Shown piece after piece: positions 51,828-64,000 of a stretch of DNA of 64,000 bases. The translations under genes and the position numbers were made by a program. Below the pieces are notes generated by a model. That model was given only the letters and a program-made list of their open reading frames with translations. It was not told the DNA's origin and did not search any database. Numbering within the stretch: the first letter of the stretch is position 1; each line of letters begins with the position of its first letter. Source of the DNA: Sphyrna mokarran (lineage: Eukaryota); the NCBI GenBank assembly GCA_024679065.1, contig JAGIQG010000020.1, positions 20,770,001-20,834,000 on the forward strand, given 5' to 3'.

Positions 51828-51923
51828 AATAATTGGCACACCAGGTCGTTTAATGCATGTCGCTGTGGAAATGAACCTAAAACTACACAACGTTGAATAT
51901 GTGGTCTTTGATGAAGCTGACAG
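51828..51923 (+). CDS. DDX54: DDX54 exon 7 (TPGR and DEAD motifs)
   Basis: [32 protein letters not shown]. Confidence 0.95.
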
Positions 51924-51999
51924 GTAAAATTTATCTCCATCATTATTGCTGAATGATATTGGTGATTTTAATAATGCAACCTAATATCTAAATTTTAAA

Positions 52000-52300
52000 G
52001 AAACATCGAAGCTAGGAGCAGAAGGGGGCCCTTTGAGCCTGCTCTGCCGTTCATTTTGATCGTGGCTGATCATCAAATTCAATATCCTGATCCCATATCC
52101 CTTAGTCTGTTTATCCCCAAGAGCTTTATCTAATTTCTTTTTGAAATCAGGCAATGTTTTAGCATCATCTATTTCCTGTGGTAGTGAATTCCACACATTC
52201 GCTGCTCTCTGGTGATGAAATTTCTCCTCATGTCCGTTTATCCCTTATCCTCAAACTATGATTCCTAGTTCTGGATTCTCCCATCACCGGGAACATCATG
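52000..52300 (-). mobile_element. CR1 3' end fragment
   Basis: GESRTRNHSLRI and WNSLPQE...FKKKLD remnants. Confidence 0.75.
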
Positions 52301-53763
52301 GAGCACTGTCCATATATAGTACTTTTTGTGACTAAAGGACATCTCAAAAGCATTATGATCCATGCCGTTTTATTTGAAATGTAGTCATTATTGTAATGCG
52401 TAGGAACCACAGCAGCCAATTTATGCACTGCAAGGTGTCACAAATAGCAATGAAATAAATGATCAGATCATGTCATGGGGTTGGTGAAAGTATAAATGTT
52501 GGTAGGACACAGAACTCTCCTTTACTTTTAATGATAACTTTTAAGATCGTTTTGCATTCAGTTGGGAGACTGACATAGCTTTGATTTAATATTTCATCAC
52601 AAAGGTGCAATCATTTGTAGCGGGGAACTTTCAATAGTGGCCTAATCTCTTAGAAAATCTAAGTATTCTTGAAAATTAAATCTCTCAAAAGCAAATTTTC
52701 AACTTACATATCTGATATAGTGATATTCTGTTGGCCTATTCCAATTCCAAGTCACTGCCTATTTGGCATAACACATTTCATAATTTTGTATTGGTAAGGA
52801 TGCTATTTCTTGTCTATCTCATCATCAGCAAATTGCTAAAGCATAGATAATAAATACCAAGCTTGATTTCATTTTCTGCTTTGACAACATAGGCTTCGTT
52901 GTTATTACTATATGAATAATAGTATGGGAGAGAAGACTATAACTTTTACTTTTTTTAATCAAATGCAGAGGAACATAGTCAGAGAACTGCTAATTAGTTT
53001 TTACAACAAGAAAAAAATTATTAAACATGGAAAAAATGGATTACAATGCACTTCACTATTCACCCCTTAGCTTAACAATTACACACAAGTTTTAGATGAA
53101 CACGGATGACGGTATATTTGAAGCTACATTAGTATTCACACTCAAGTTAATAGCAATGAATTTCTCCTCAGAACTCCCTCCAGCTGATTATCACAAGAGT
53201 TTCCAAACACTCCCAAAACATACTTTTTAAGTCATTTCTTGGAATAATACTTTCATTTAGCGGTTCACATTCCAGAATTTGGACTAGATTTTACAAATGA
53301 CACTTTTAAACAATGTTTCTGCTCCACTTTTAAGAACAATTCAATATATGACAGGAAAGCTAGTATTGGAAGGAAAGCATCAAATTTCTGAGACATTGGG
53401 ACCAGTTCTGGGGAGAATGGGATTCTTCTAACTAGAACATCAACTGGGATCGTAATAGTACATTGGCAAAAAGTTCTGTTCTATCTTCATGATTAATTAT
53501 AGACTATACTGATCATAGAAGCACAATCATGAATCGAGAACATTTTGAATACGAAAGTACTGCCACACTAAGATTAATCTGAATAGGGTGATTGTTCTCT
53601 CGTATCGCCTGACATGTGAACATTGGTGAATGACTCTCTGTAGATATGCCAATAGTCAATATGTAACATATTTCACAAGGACAAAATAGAAGATGTAGAG
53701 AATAGAAATGTGTGCTAATGGTACAAAACTTAAAATCTGCTGTAAATCTTTGTTTTGTGCCAG

Positions 53764-53885
53764 GTTGTTCGAGATGGGATTTGCAGAGCATTTGCAAGAG
53801 ATTATCAGAAGGTTGCCAGACTCCAGACAGACTTTGCTGTTTTCAGCCACATTGCCTAAGCAATTGGTGGAGTTTGCACGCGCTG
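53764..53885 (+). CDS. DDX54: DDX54 exon 8 (SAT motif)
   Basis: [14 protein letters not shown]...[18 protein letters not shown]. Confidence 0.95.
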
Positions 53886-54339
53886 GTAAAGGATATTATT
53901 GCCTTGCTTTGTTTTTATATAATAGTCTAATTTATTTTAAATGAAAGAGCAACTTGTTGGCCACAATCTAATCTCAAGTGGATGAGCAGTGAGTGACTAA
54001 AACATAAAGAACAGGGAAATGCCAGATTCAATCCTAATCTGTGGCATTAACTGATTTCAGCAATGGTAATGGTAGGTTGTATTTGCTTGTTTATTTTAGA
54101 TTAAGGATTGGAGAATCATCCTGGAATATTAATCTAATTGCTTTCAGTCTCTTCCTACTTGAAATACACCTGGATCAGCATATTTTGGATTCAGAGGCAA
54201 TATTTCTTGTCAGTATCTAGATTGATGAATGGGTGCTGAGTTGAGAGAATGGCTGGAGCGTATGTAATTGTATCTCAACAAAGAGCCTTAACTAGAGGAG
54301 GAGAGAAAATTGGCATAATAATGGGGGGAGGCAAATCTT

Positions 54340-54515
54340 TTTAGTTTATTTGTTATTAATGTCACAAGTAGGCTTTCCCTGGTCACCACACATCTTTTGG
54401 ACTATGGGAGAAAACTCATGCAGACACGGGGAGATTATGTAGAATCTGCACAGGCAGTGACCCAAGCTGCGAATCGAACCCAGGTCCCTGGCATTGCGAG
54501 GTAGCAGTGCTAATG
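54340..54515 (-). mobile_element. tRNA-derived SINE
   Basis: B box GGTTCGATTC, family core. Confidence 0.75.
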
Positions 54516-54664
54516 ATCAGTTTTTATTCAATTTCTGGATAAAGGACAGCGTGCAAATGTTAAAATCTAATCGCAGCTATAAATTTATAGCTTAAAATGT
54601 TAATTTACTGCTACAAAGTGCTTTACACAAGAGCGCGCAAGACTGTACAGATCTATGCATAAGG

Positions 54665-55050
54665 TCTTGATTTGATTTATTATTGTCGCATGTATTAATA
54701 TAGAGTGCAAAGTATTATTTCTTGCGCGTTATACAGACAAAGCATATCGTACATGGGGGAGAAAAAGAGAGAGTGGAGAATGTAGTGTTACAGTCATAGT
54801 TATGGTGTCATTAAAGATCAACTTAATGCCAGATAGGTCCATTCAAAAGTCTGATGGCAATAGGAAAGAAGCTATTCTTGAATCGGTTAGTATGTGATCT
54901 CAGACTTTTGCATCTTTTTCCCAAAGGAAGAAGATGGAAAAGAATATGTCTGCATTATATGTGATCCTTGATTTTGCTGACATTTTGCAAAGCACAATGA
55001 AGTTGTAGACAGTGTCAACAGATGGGAGGCTGGTTTGACTGATGGACCTT
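54665..55050 (-). mobile_element. LINE 3' end of a different clade (possibly Rex1-like); related copy 25620-25930
   Basis: Shared TTGATTTGATTTATTATTGTC tail and following ~150 bp in two places. Confidence 0.55.
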
Positions 55051-55698
55051 TATTAACAACTGAAATCTTTATCCATCTTTTTGTCTACTCAATAGAACAC
55101 ACATTTTAGAATTGTTGTTGAACAGGCAAACACTGAATACTGAACTGAAATTATGCCATTATGAGCTTTGTTACGGTTTTCCCTTGGGTGTTTTTATACA
55201 TTAGCACTGCCAAAGTTATGTCTCAGAAAATGCCCAAACAATTCAATGGCAAGTTGCATAGTGATGGTAAGGGTATTTATGTATTTAAACTTCTGCTCAG
55301 TCAGTAGTTCTCTGAAGTGGAATAAATATATGCTGCATTATATTTCAATGGATTCTATTCCTTTACATCAAAAATAGTTGTTTAATATCGTGTTTAATTT
55401 CTGTATAATGTAAAAATTTGTACCTGAAATTGAGTTAAAGATTAGTCATGTGTCCCATTGAAAGTCCTAAATGTGGTAAATTTTAATGAGCCTTTTTAAA
55501 TATTTTAAGCATTACTGAGTACATAAATGGAAGCTTAAATATATGTCAGCAATAAATTGTTTAAAAATGGTCTATTTGTCATTTTCTTGTTAGTATGAAT
55601 TACAATGTTTTTATTACTTGTAGTGATCTGTTTTTTGTCTGTAAAGTTTGAAAAGCTACTTAATAAAATTAATAATTTTTAAACATGCACCTTTCCAG

Positions 55699-55760
55699 GT
55701 TTGACAGAACCAGTATTAATACGGCTAGATGTGGACACTAAATTGAATGAACAGCTACAA
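55699..55760 (+). CDS. DDX54: DDX54 exon 9
   Basis: [20 protein letters not shown]|gtaaga. Confidence 0.92.
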
Positions 55761-56019
55761 GTAAGAAATTTTTTATACTGATATGTCGTGTAAAATAAAA
55801 ACGGAGGAAAGATGTGTTTAATATTTCAAAGTTATTCTATATAGAGTATGGCATTATAAAGTTTAAACTTACTGCAACTCTCCCCAAAGATATGCTCTGA
55901 GTACATCTGGTACAGCTATTTTGCATCATTCATTTGTCCAAAAGCTAGGCCTGTTATAATTACCTGTTTCTGTAACAGCACCAATGATGAACTAGTCATT
56001 CTTATCAATAGTAACAACT

Positions 56020-57450
56020 TGCAGTTGAAGAGGATATAAGGAGCCGGTGACGGGATATAGGTAGGTTAAGAGAGTGGCCAAATACTGGCAGATGGCATAT
56101 GATATTGAAAAGTGTGAATATGTCCACTTCAACAGAAAAACAGTACAATTAAATGGAGAGTGATTACCGAATTCTGTGGTATAGAGGGATCTGGATGTCC
56201 AGATACATGAATCACAAAATGTTAGTGTGCAGGTACAGGAGGTGATTAGGAAGGGCAAGGAGAATGGAATATAAAAGTTGGAAAGTTTTGCCATATTTAT
56301 ACAAGGTTTTGGTGAGATCATTTCAGAAGTATCCAGAGCCGATGACCTGGTGGCATATTGCTAGATTATTAATCCAGAAACTCATCTATTTTTCTGGGGA
56401 CCCAGGTTCAAATCTTGCCACAGCAAATGATGGAATTTGAATTCAATAAAAAAAAAATCTGGGATTAAGAATCTACTGATAACCATGAAATCATTGACAA
56501 TTGTTGGAAAAATCCATCTTGTTCACTAATGTCCTTTAGGGAAGGAAGCGGGTATAATTGCATTAGAAGCAATTCGAAAAAAGTTCATTCCACTGATTCG
56601 TAGAATGAAAGGGTTATCTTGTGAGAGAGGGTTGGGCATGTTAAATCTGTATCCATTGAAGATTAGAGGAATGAAGTGGGATCCTAAGGGGACTTAACAA
56701 AATGAGAGGATGTTTCCCCTTTATGGGTGAGGCCAGAACAAGGAGACATAATAAAATAAGAGGGGAGATTCTCCCATCCCTTGGTACTGTTCTAACTGGC
56801 ATCTAGCGATCAAGTGACCCAGCGATCAGGAGGCCGGCAGTGCAGACTCGCATGCATGAGCCGTCTTGGCGCTGACAGATCAGCTGATGTGCAGTGGTCC
56901 GCTCAGCACTATGTGGGAATAGGCCCGGCCCCTGATTTTCACTGCGATTCACACTCGGGCATTTTGATAGTCCCTCTTAAATAAGCAGTTTTCATGCAAA
57001 TTTAGCAGTTAGAATTTCTTGGGGGAGAATTCCACCCAAGGGATCTTCAATTTAAGAAGGAGTTGAGACTTTTTTTTCAGAAGATTGCTAATTGTTTTTA
57101 GAGCAGTGAAAGTATGGTCATTGAATATTTTTAAGACTGTGTTAGATTCTTGATTAATAAATGAGTTAGAGGTTATAGGAAGTAGACAGGAAAGTAGAGT
57201 TAAGTGGGTTAGCTATACAAATTTGGCCCTTGGTGTCAGGGGGATTAGCAGGATAAATATGAGGTTACAGAGATAGGGTCTGGTGGGATTGTTGTCAATG
57301 TAGGCTCAGTAGGTTGAATGACCTTCTCCTACACTACAACGAATCTTTGATTGTGGCCTCAACTAGAATAGAATCAGATCAGCTGTGCTGTTATCAAATA
57401 GTCGTGCAGACTTGAGGGTCTGAAAGGTCTACTCCTTCACCCAGTATATA
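56020..57450 (+). mobile_element. Old CR1 fragment with nested SINEs and a TIR-bounded MITE (56761-57037)
   Basis: CR1 C-terminal remnants; MITE ends GGGGAGATTCTCCC / GGGAGAATTCCACCC. Confidence 0.6.
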
Positions 57451-57788
57451 TATTCATAACTTTGTCAAATGTATTAAGTGTCTTCCAAATACAAAATGAT
57501 TTGCAAAATTGTTGTGGATAAATGTATACAAATCCAGATTAGATCTTTTCAGGTCTGAATGAAATTTGAGCTGGTGAGAATTTGATTCGTTATGGGAGGT
57601 GATAATTAAAAAGTAACAGTAAATCAGCATAACTTAATTGTTCAGGGAGTTTCAAATTATATGATTAAGAATTAGGAAATTTGATTGTCGAGTCTTCTAT
57701 CTTGTTTTAAGAACTCAGACTTGACAATCTTATTGTAGAATAATAGACAATTAATGTGCATTTCATTAAAATATTTTGTTTTTTACAG

Positions 57789-57920
57789 TTAGCATTTTTC
57801 CACGTGCGGGCCGATGACAAGGGAGCTGTTCTGCTTCACTTGTTGAGAAATATCATCAAACCTCAGGAACAGACTGTAATTTTTGCTGCTACCAAACATC
57901 ATGTGGAATACTTAAAGGAG
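57789..57920 (+). CDS. DDX54: DDX54 exon 10
   Basis: [19 protein letters not shown]...[10 protein letters not shown]. Confidence 0.92.
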
Positions 57921-59170
57921 GTTTGTGTCAAATGTGAAGATGTACAAAGTTGTTCAAACTAAATGGCAATTCTTTGCCAGAAGAACTGCGTTTGTCAAGG
58001 ATCTGCATTTGGCTTAATTTGACAGTATTTGACTTTGTTTTGAGCAGCCCTTTTTGAATACTAAAACCATGTTAAATTTCAAAATTGAACAATTTTTCTG
58101 ACCGATAAAGAATAAAAATTAATTACATGCCTCTCAATGCACCATCAGAATAGATTGGATTTAGGGAATTATGACGTAAATAATGTAAAGAATGCAATTA
58201 ATGTCCAGTACCTTTCTGATAAGGGTGCAATTACTCATCATTTGATTTTTAGTACATTGATCCTAGGAGCAATATATTTTCTTATTTTGTGTGTTGTCAG
58301 AACAAATCTTTTTTTCATATTAACCTACACCCAAAATTGAACCCAGCTTCAGAGAATAAATAATGTTTGGTGTTGGTGCTTGTCATGGATAACCAATCGA
58401 TTGCTCTAGTGAAGGGTCATCTAGACTCAATGTTGGCTGTATTCTTTTCCCACAGATGGTGTCAGACCTGCTGAGATATTCCAGCATTTTGTTTTTATTT
58501 TAGATTCCAGCATCTGCAGTATTTTGCTTTTATCAATTGCATTGCAAGTTTATCTGTTAATTTTGAGTTTTAAGCTGCAGTTATACAAAAACTAGTTTTT
58601 TTTTAACCAGGTCTGAGACAATAGCACCAAAGTGTGAAGTCTCAGGTTGCAATTCACACCATACTCTTTACTCATTGCATAAAAAAGTCTCTGCCAAGCA
58701 TGTAAGTTGTCCAGGGCATTATTGGATTGCAAGATTTAAAAAAAAATTACCTTGATGTTGGATTAACACAACTTGCAAGTGCTGTTAATGTCACTAATCA
58801 CTTGGCTTTAGTGTTATTGGATAGCTGATTGGGAGCTGTAGCTTTTTGTGGATGCAAACTTGAAGGTAAAATTGATGGAGAAGTGTCATAATATCAATGT
58901 CTTCAGCCACATTAGTATGCTTTTTATAAGCTGGAAAGGATACTTTCACTCATCAACAATTGCTTCCCTAACAAATCATATATAGAAAATTTTTATTACA
59001 TGAAGATTATGCCTTATACATCCAGAAATAGACTGATCATACTTTGAAAAATCTGTTTGTCATTAATATCTTACTTCCAGCATGTAATAGTTTTGTTTTT
59101 GTAGGAAAACATTATCCTTGCTTGAACTTGCTTGAACTTATTCAACTTGAACTATTTTTGTTTCTACCAG

Positions 59171-59381
59171 CTAATCACCAGTCAAGGTATTGATTGTTCT
59201 CACAGCTACAGTGCTCTAGACCAAACAGCAAGAAAAATCAACATTGGGAAATTTGTCCACAGAAAGTGTATGGTGATGATTGTCACTGACGTCGCAGCTC
59301 GTGGTATAGATATTCCCATGTTAGATAACGTCATAAACTACAACTTTCCATCCAAAGCCAAACTTTTCTTGCATAGAGTTG
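59171..59381 (+). CDS. DDX54: DDX54 exon 11 (motif V)
   Basis: LITSQGIDC...[11 protein letters not shown]...LFLHRVG|gtaag. Confidence 0.95.
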
Positions 59382-60004
59382 GTAAGCAAGTTAAGATTTC
59401 CAAACCTGAGATAATTGACTTGAAATTTTGTTGAGATGGATGGATGGATACACCTTCAAATTAGGGCCTCTTTGAGAAGTCAACTGTTCTTTTGTTCTCT
59501 TCCTGTTCTTTTTCATCATGATACTGATAAATCTGTGGCAAACCCTACCAATGTGAGTTTACATTATTATGTGGTTTGCCTCATAATTATCAATAATTTT
59601 GGAGATTTTAAGCAGATGATGTTTTGAATGCAAATTCTTTCTGATTTAAATCCATTTCATTTTGGATTTTTACCTTGGACTTTGTGGAATATCAAGTAGT
59701 CTTGCATGGGATTTTCTTTGGCTTTAAAACTTTGTGATCTTTTCAATAGTAATTGTGTTCTGCGAGTTAATTTCATAATCTGTACATTGTCATGAAGTTG
59801 TAGTTTGAACTTTCCAGAGGATTTGACTTTGGAAATGTGTTATCATGTCAATATCTACTGATAAGTACACAAGTTTCTAAACAGAATTTTGTAGATTGAA
59901 AGTGTCCAGTAAATTTTATATTTATTGGAAGCTATTTTAAGATTACATAGTAATGCTATTCATTAAATAGCAGGGGACACATAAAATTGTTATTTGTGAA
60001 TCAG

Positions 60005-60139
60005 GTCGAGTAGCCAGAGCTGGCAGAAGTGGTACCGCTTATTCATTGGTAGCCATGGATGAAATTCCATATGTTTATGATTTACATTTGTTTCTTGGAC
60101 GGCCGCTGAAATTTGCAAGTCAAGACGAGAATTTTGAAG
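60005..60139 (+). CDS. DDX54: DDX54 exon 12 (motif VI)
   Basis: [32 protein letters not shown]... Confidence 0.93.
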
Positions 60140-60679
60140 GTAAATGTGCATTTTAGGTAACTTCATTTTGTTTATTTTTAATAAAGCAGAATGCGTTGTT
60201 TTTTTAAGTGCCAGCAGAGCCACTAAATTGTGTGTGGCTTAGACTTCTACGTATTATTTATGCCCTCTATTTCAAACTGCAATTGGGGAAAAAAATCTAT
60301 TTGTGCTTGTATTATAAAATGTAAGTCTAGTTTTTCAAGTATTGATTTGCTAATCCAATGTAAAATGTTGAGCCACATGTATATCATTGGCACTAAATCA
60401 TCACCCAACTGTAGAATACCATCCAGAACTTGTGAAATATAATTAATATTTTTTAAATCTTAACTTTAAGCTAAACATACCAAATCAAAAATTCCAACTT
60501 CATAAAATTGTTGAATTTGATTGCCTATTGAATTCTTAGAGTAGAGGTGTACCAAAACATTAACGTGAAAGCAAAATACTGTGGATGTTAGAAATCTGAA
60601 ATTAAAACAGAAAATGCTGGAAAAACTGAGCAGTTCTGCCAGAGTCTGTGGAGAATCATAAAATCCCTACATGGCATGC

Positions 60680-61600
60680 CTTAGTTGATGATATCAAGAT
60701 TGGTGGAGTAATGAATGAGGTGAAGGGCTCTTGTAGGCTGCAAACAGACATTGATGGGTTGCAGAGCTGGGACGAAAAGTGGCAGATGGGGTTTAACCCT
60801 GATAAGTGCAAGGTAATTCATTTTGGTAGGACAAACTTGAACGTGGATACAGGGTTAACAGCAGGGTTCTGAGGAATGTGGAGGAACAGAGATCATCCTC
60901 CACATTTCACAGAGATCATGGGATTCATATCCACAGATCTCTGAAGGTTGTTATTCAATTGGATAGAGCTGTGAAAAAGGCTTATAGTGCATTGGCGTTT
61001 ATTAACGGGGGGGTTTGAGTTTGAGTTGTGAGGTTATGTTGCAACTATACAAGCTTTCGGTGAGACCACATTTGGAATATTGTATGCAGTTCAGGTTACC
61101 TCACTATAAGAAGGATGTGGAAACTTTGGAGAGAGTGCAGTGGAGATTTACCACGATGCTGCCCAGTTTGGAGGGTAGGTCTTATGAGGAAAGGTTGAGG
61201 GAGATGGGGCTTTTCTCTTTAGAGCAGAGGAAGACGAGAGGTGACTTATTAGAATTTATAAGATGATGAGAGAGATAAATAGAGTGCATGTTCAGTGACT
61301 ATTTTCTTGGGTGGATGTAGCTGTTATTTGGGGGCATAACTATAAGGTTCATGGTGAGAGACATAGGAGAGATGTCCGAGGTAGATCCTTTACTCAGAGA
61401 ATGGTTGGAGTCTGGAATGCACTGCCAGTTGTGATAGTGGAGTCAGACACTTTAAGAACTTTCATGCGGTTATTGGGTAGGCACATGGAACACCCCAGAA
61501 TGATAGGGAGTGGGATAGTTTGATCTTGGGTTTGGACATAGCTTGGCAGCACATTGAGGGCCGAAGGGCCTGTACTGTGCTGTACTGTTCTATGTTCTGT
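60680..61600 (+). mobile_element. CR1 LINE 3' part, short 3' UTR
   Basis: ORFs 60648, 61015 and 61311 match the CR1 ORF2 C-terminus. Confidence 0.88.
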
Positions 61601-61890
61601 GTAGTACAGTGAGAAGCCATTCGGTCCGTTGAAGCTGCACCAATAACAATCCCACCCATACGTTAACCTATTTATTTATCCTGCTAATCCCCCTGACACC
61701 AAGGGATAATTTAGCATGTCCAATTAACCTAACTTGCGCATCTTTGCTGTGTGGGAGGAAACTGGAATTCCCAAAGAAAAGTCATGCGGAGAATGTGCAA
61801 ACTCAACACAGACAATGACCCAAGACTGGAATTGAACCCAGTTCCCTGGCACTGAGGCAGCAGTGCTAACAACTGCCACTATGCTGGCCA
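61600..61890 (-). mobile_element. HE1-like SINE
   Basis: Head, core and tail. Confidence 0.78.
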
Positions 61891-62029
61891 TAAAGGAGAG
61901 AAAAACAATTAATATTTTGAATCTGTACAACACTTCAGCATTTGAGGAGGAGAAATATGATGGATTTTCTGCTATTTAAGAGAGTTGGAGCAAGTGGAGC
62001 TAAAAGTCAGTGATAGCTGGGACCTCTTC

Positions 62030-62532
62030 TTGTCCCCACATTATAAGAAAGATGTGGAGGCATTGGAGAGGGTACAGAGGAGGTTTACCAGAATGTTGCC
62101 TGGTATGGAGGGCAGGTCTTATGAAGAGAGGCTGAGGAATTTGAGGTTGTTTTCGTTAGAAAGGAGGCGGCTAAGAGGGGACCTTATCGAAACATATAAG
62201 ATGATTAGAGGTTTAGATGGGGTGGACAGTGATAGCCTTTTTTCTAGGATGGAGAAAGCTAGCACGAGAGGACACAGCTTTAAATTAAGGGGTGATAGTT
62301 ATAGGACGGATATCAGAGGTAGGTTCTTTACCCAAAGGGTGGTTCGGGAATGGAATGCCCTGCCTGCAGCAGTTGTAGATGCACCAAGTTTGGTGGCGTT
62401 TAAGAGGTTAGTTGATATGTATATGGAAGAGAAGGGAATGGTTTAGTTTGGAGGGTCATTGCTTTTTATATTGGTCGGCGCAACATTGAAGGCCGAAGGG
62501 CCTGTTCTGTGCTGTAATGTTCTATGTTCTAT
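62030..62532 (+). mobile_element. Young CR1 3' fragment, short 3' UTR ending in (TTCTATG)n
   Basis: Open ORF 61985-62446 SPHYKKDVEALERVQRRFTRML... Confidence 0.9.
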
Positions 62533-62809
62533 GCCCCCCGCCCCCCCCCAACCCCGTTGCTACACGCACACACACGGACGCGTGCGTGCGCACACACACA
62601 TGGCCATCTGTTGCTTGTTAAGCTTTACTTTCACAGAGCACTGACCTTAGTTTTGCTATTAACAAATTCTGCTATCTTATCTTCATGTCACTATCAGCCA
62701 CTTCTTTCATCTTTAAAACTCCCTTGCCTTTTGCTTATGACAGCTGTGTCAAATCTCTCCTGAGCACCTACCTATTTAACTCCAAACCCCAGTACACAAT
62801 CCATAAAAT

Positions 62810-63065
62810 TAAAGTTTATTTATGTGTCATAATAGGTTTATATTAACACTGCAATTAAGTTACTATGAAAATCCCCTAATTGCCACACTCCAGGGTACAC
62901 TGAAGGAAAATTTAGCATAGCCAATACACCTAACCAGCACCCCGAACTGAGAGGGGAAACCGGAGCACCTAGAGGAACACAGGGAAAAATGTGCACACAC
63001 ACACAGACAATGACCCAAGCCGGGAATTGAACCTGAGTTCCTGGCACTGAGACAGCAGTGCTATC
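62810..63065 (-). mobile_element. tRNA-derived SINE
   Basis: Family head and tail. Confidence 0.78.
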
Positions 63066-63323
63066 ACACTTATTCAGAGTTAAAAAGAGTCATACAGATT
63101 CAAAGCATAACTCTGTTCCTACCTCCACAGATGCTGCCAGACCTACTGAGGTTTTCCAGTATTTTCTGTTTTTATTTTATATTGTACCAAGGTATTGTTA
63201 GCTGATCAGTAATTGGAGGGAAAGAACTGTTAGGACCATATCTTTGCAGGAGGTGTTACTGTGAGCTGCGCCTAATCATCTTCATTCTGCCACAGACTGA
63301 AATCTTTCTTTTTGCATATCCAG

Positions 63324-63545
63324 ATACAAATGGAATATATGGCAGGGTACCACAGAATATAATAGATGACGAGGAATCACTGCTTATAGCAGATCATAAA
63401 ACTTCACTGGACCTTCAGAACCTGAAAAGAGTGTCCGAGAATGCTTACACTCAGTACTTGAAGTCAAGGCCAAATCCTTCTCCAGAATCAATAAAAAGAG
63501 TTAGAGATATGGATTTTTCAACACTGGGCATTCATCCGTCATTTG
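63324..63545 (+). CDS. DDX54: DDX54 exon 13 (gene continues beyond the window)
   Basis: TNGIYGRVPQNIIDDEE...SRPNPSPESIKR...GIHPSF|gtaagt. Confidence 0.92.
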
Positions 63546-64000
63546 GTAAGTTAAACATATATTTAAGATTTTAAAATGCTAGCTAGTCATTTTGTGGTGA
63601 TAATAGATACTACAATCATAAAATACACATTCTTTGTAAATTTATAATCTTTTAAAATAAATTGCACAATAAGAAGCTTCAGAATATTGTTACAAAAATT
63701 GAAGCCCTAGAAGATCAAAAATTTCAAAACAACTTTTGGAGCTTGTATCCCAGGACATTAATTCATACAAAAGAAAAATGGTTGAATATCCCATTAAATA
63801 AATTCAATTTGACCTTTGCATCATGTATTCAGTGGTTGGGAACTTACAGCAGAGAGCTTCTTGCAGGACTGTGTTGTAACTTCTACTTTCCATTTTTAAA
63901 ACATGTTGCCAGTAGCGATGTTTTAGGTAGATATATCACAATGATATTTTGATTGAATAGAATTACAATCTTGATTGTTTTCTTGTTTTTAAGATATTAA

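Noticed and set aside
44870-63320. Intronic snoRNAs in DDX54
   Set aside because: Scattered TGATGA/CTGA words but no convincing box C/D or H/ACA layout by eye; an Rfam scan would be needed.

Overview
Vertebrate genomic DNA, very probably from a cartilaginous fish: the repeats look like shark CR1/HER1 LINEs, tRNA-derived HE1/V-type SINEs and Penelope fragments. Four spliced genes lie in the order and relative orientation of the human 12q24.13 block. They are TPCN1 (minus strand, first coding exon 16305-16407, intron 1 running off the left edge), IQCD/DRC10 (plus, complete, about 435 aa), RITA1 (minus, complete CDS, about 286 aa) and DDX54 (plus, coding exons 1-13, continuing past the right edge). 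They form two head-to-head pairs on short CpG-rich promoters. The most notable non-gene structures are: (i) an apparently full-length CR1 in DDX54 intron 1 carrying a ~700 bp near-perfect inverted duplication in its RT domain; (ii) a CR1 lineage with a long 3' UTR that appears to be built from a captured splice acceptor plus an embedded SINE; (iii) Penelope terminal repeats with hammerhead-ribozyme-like cores; (iv) a RITA1 with two RBPJ-type W-x-P motifs. Gene names come from recalled protein similarity, not database searches. Repeat boundaries are approximate.
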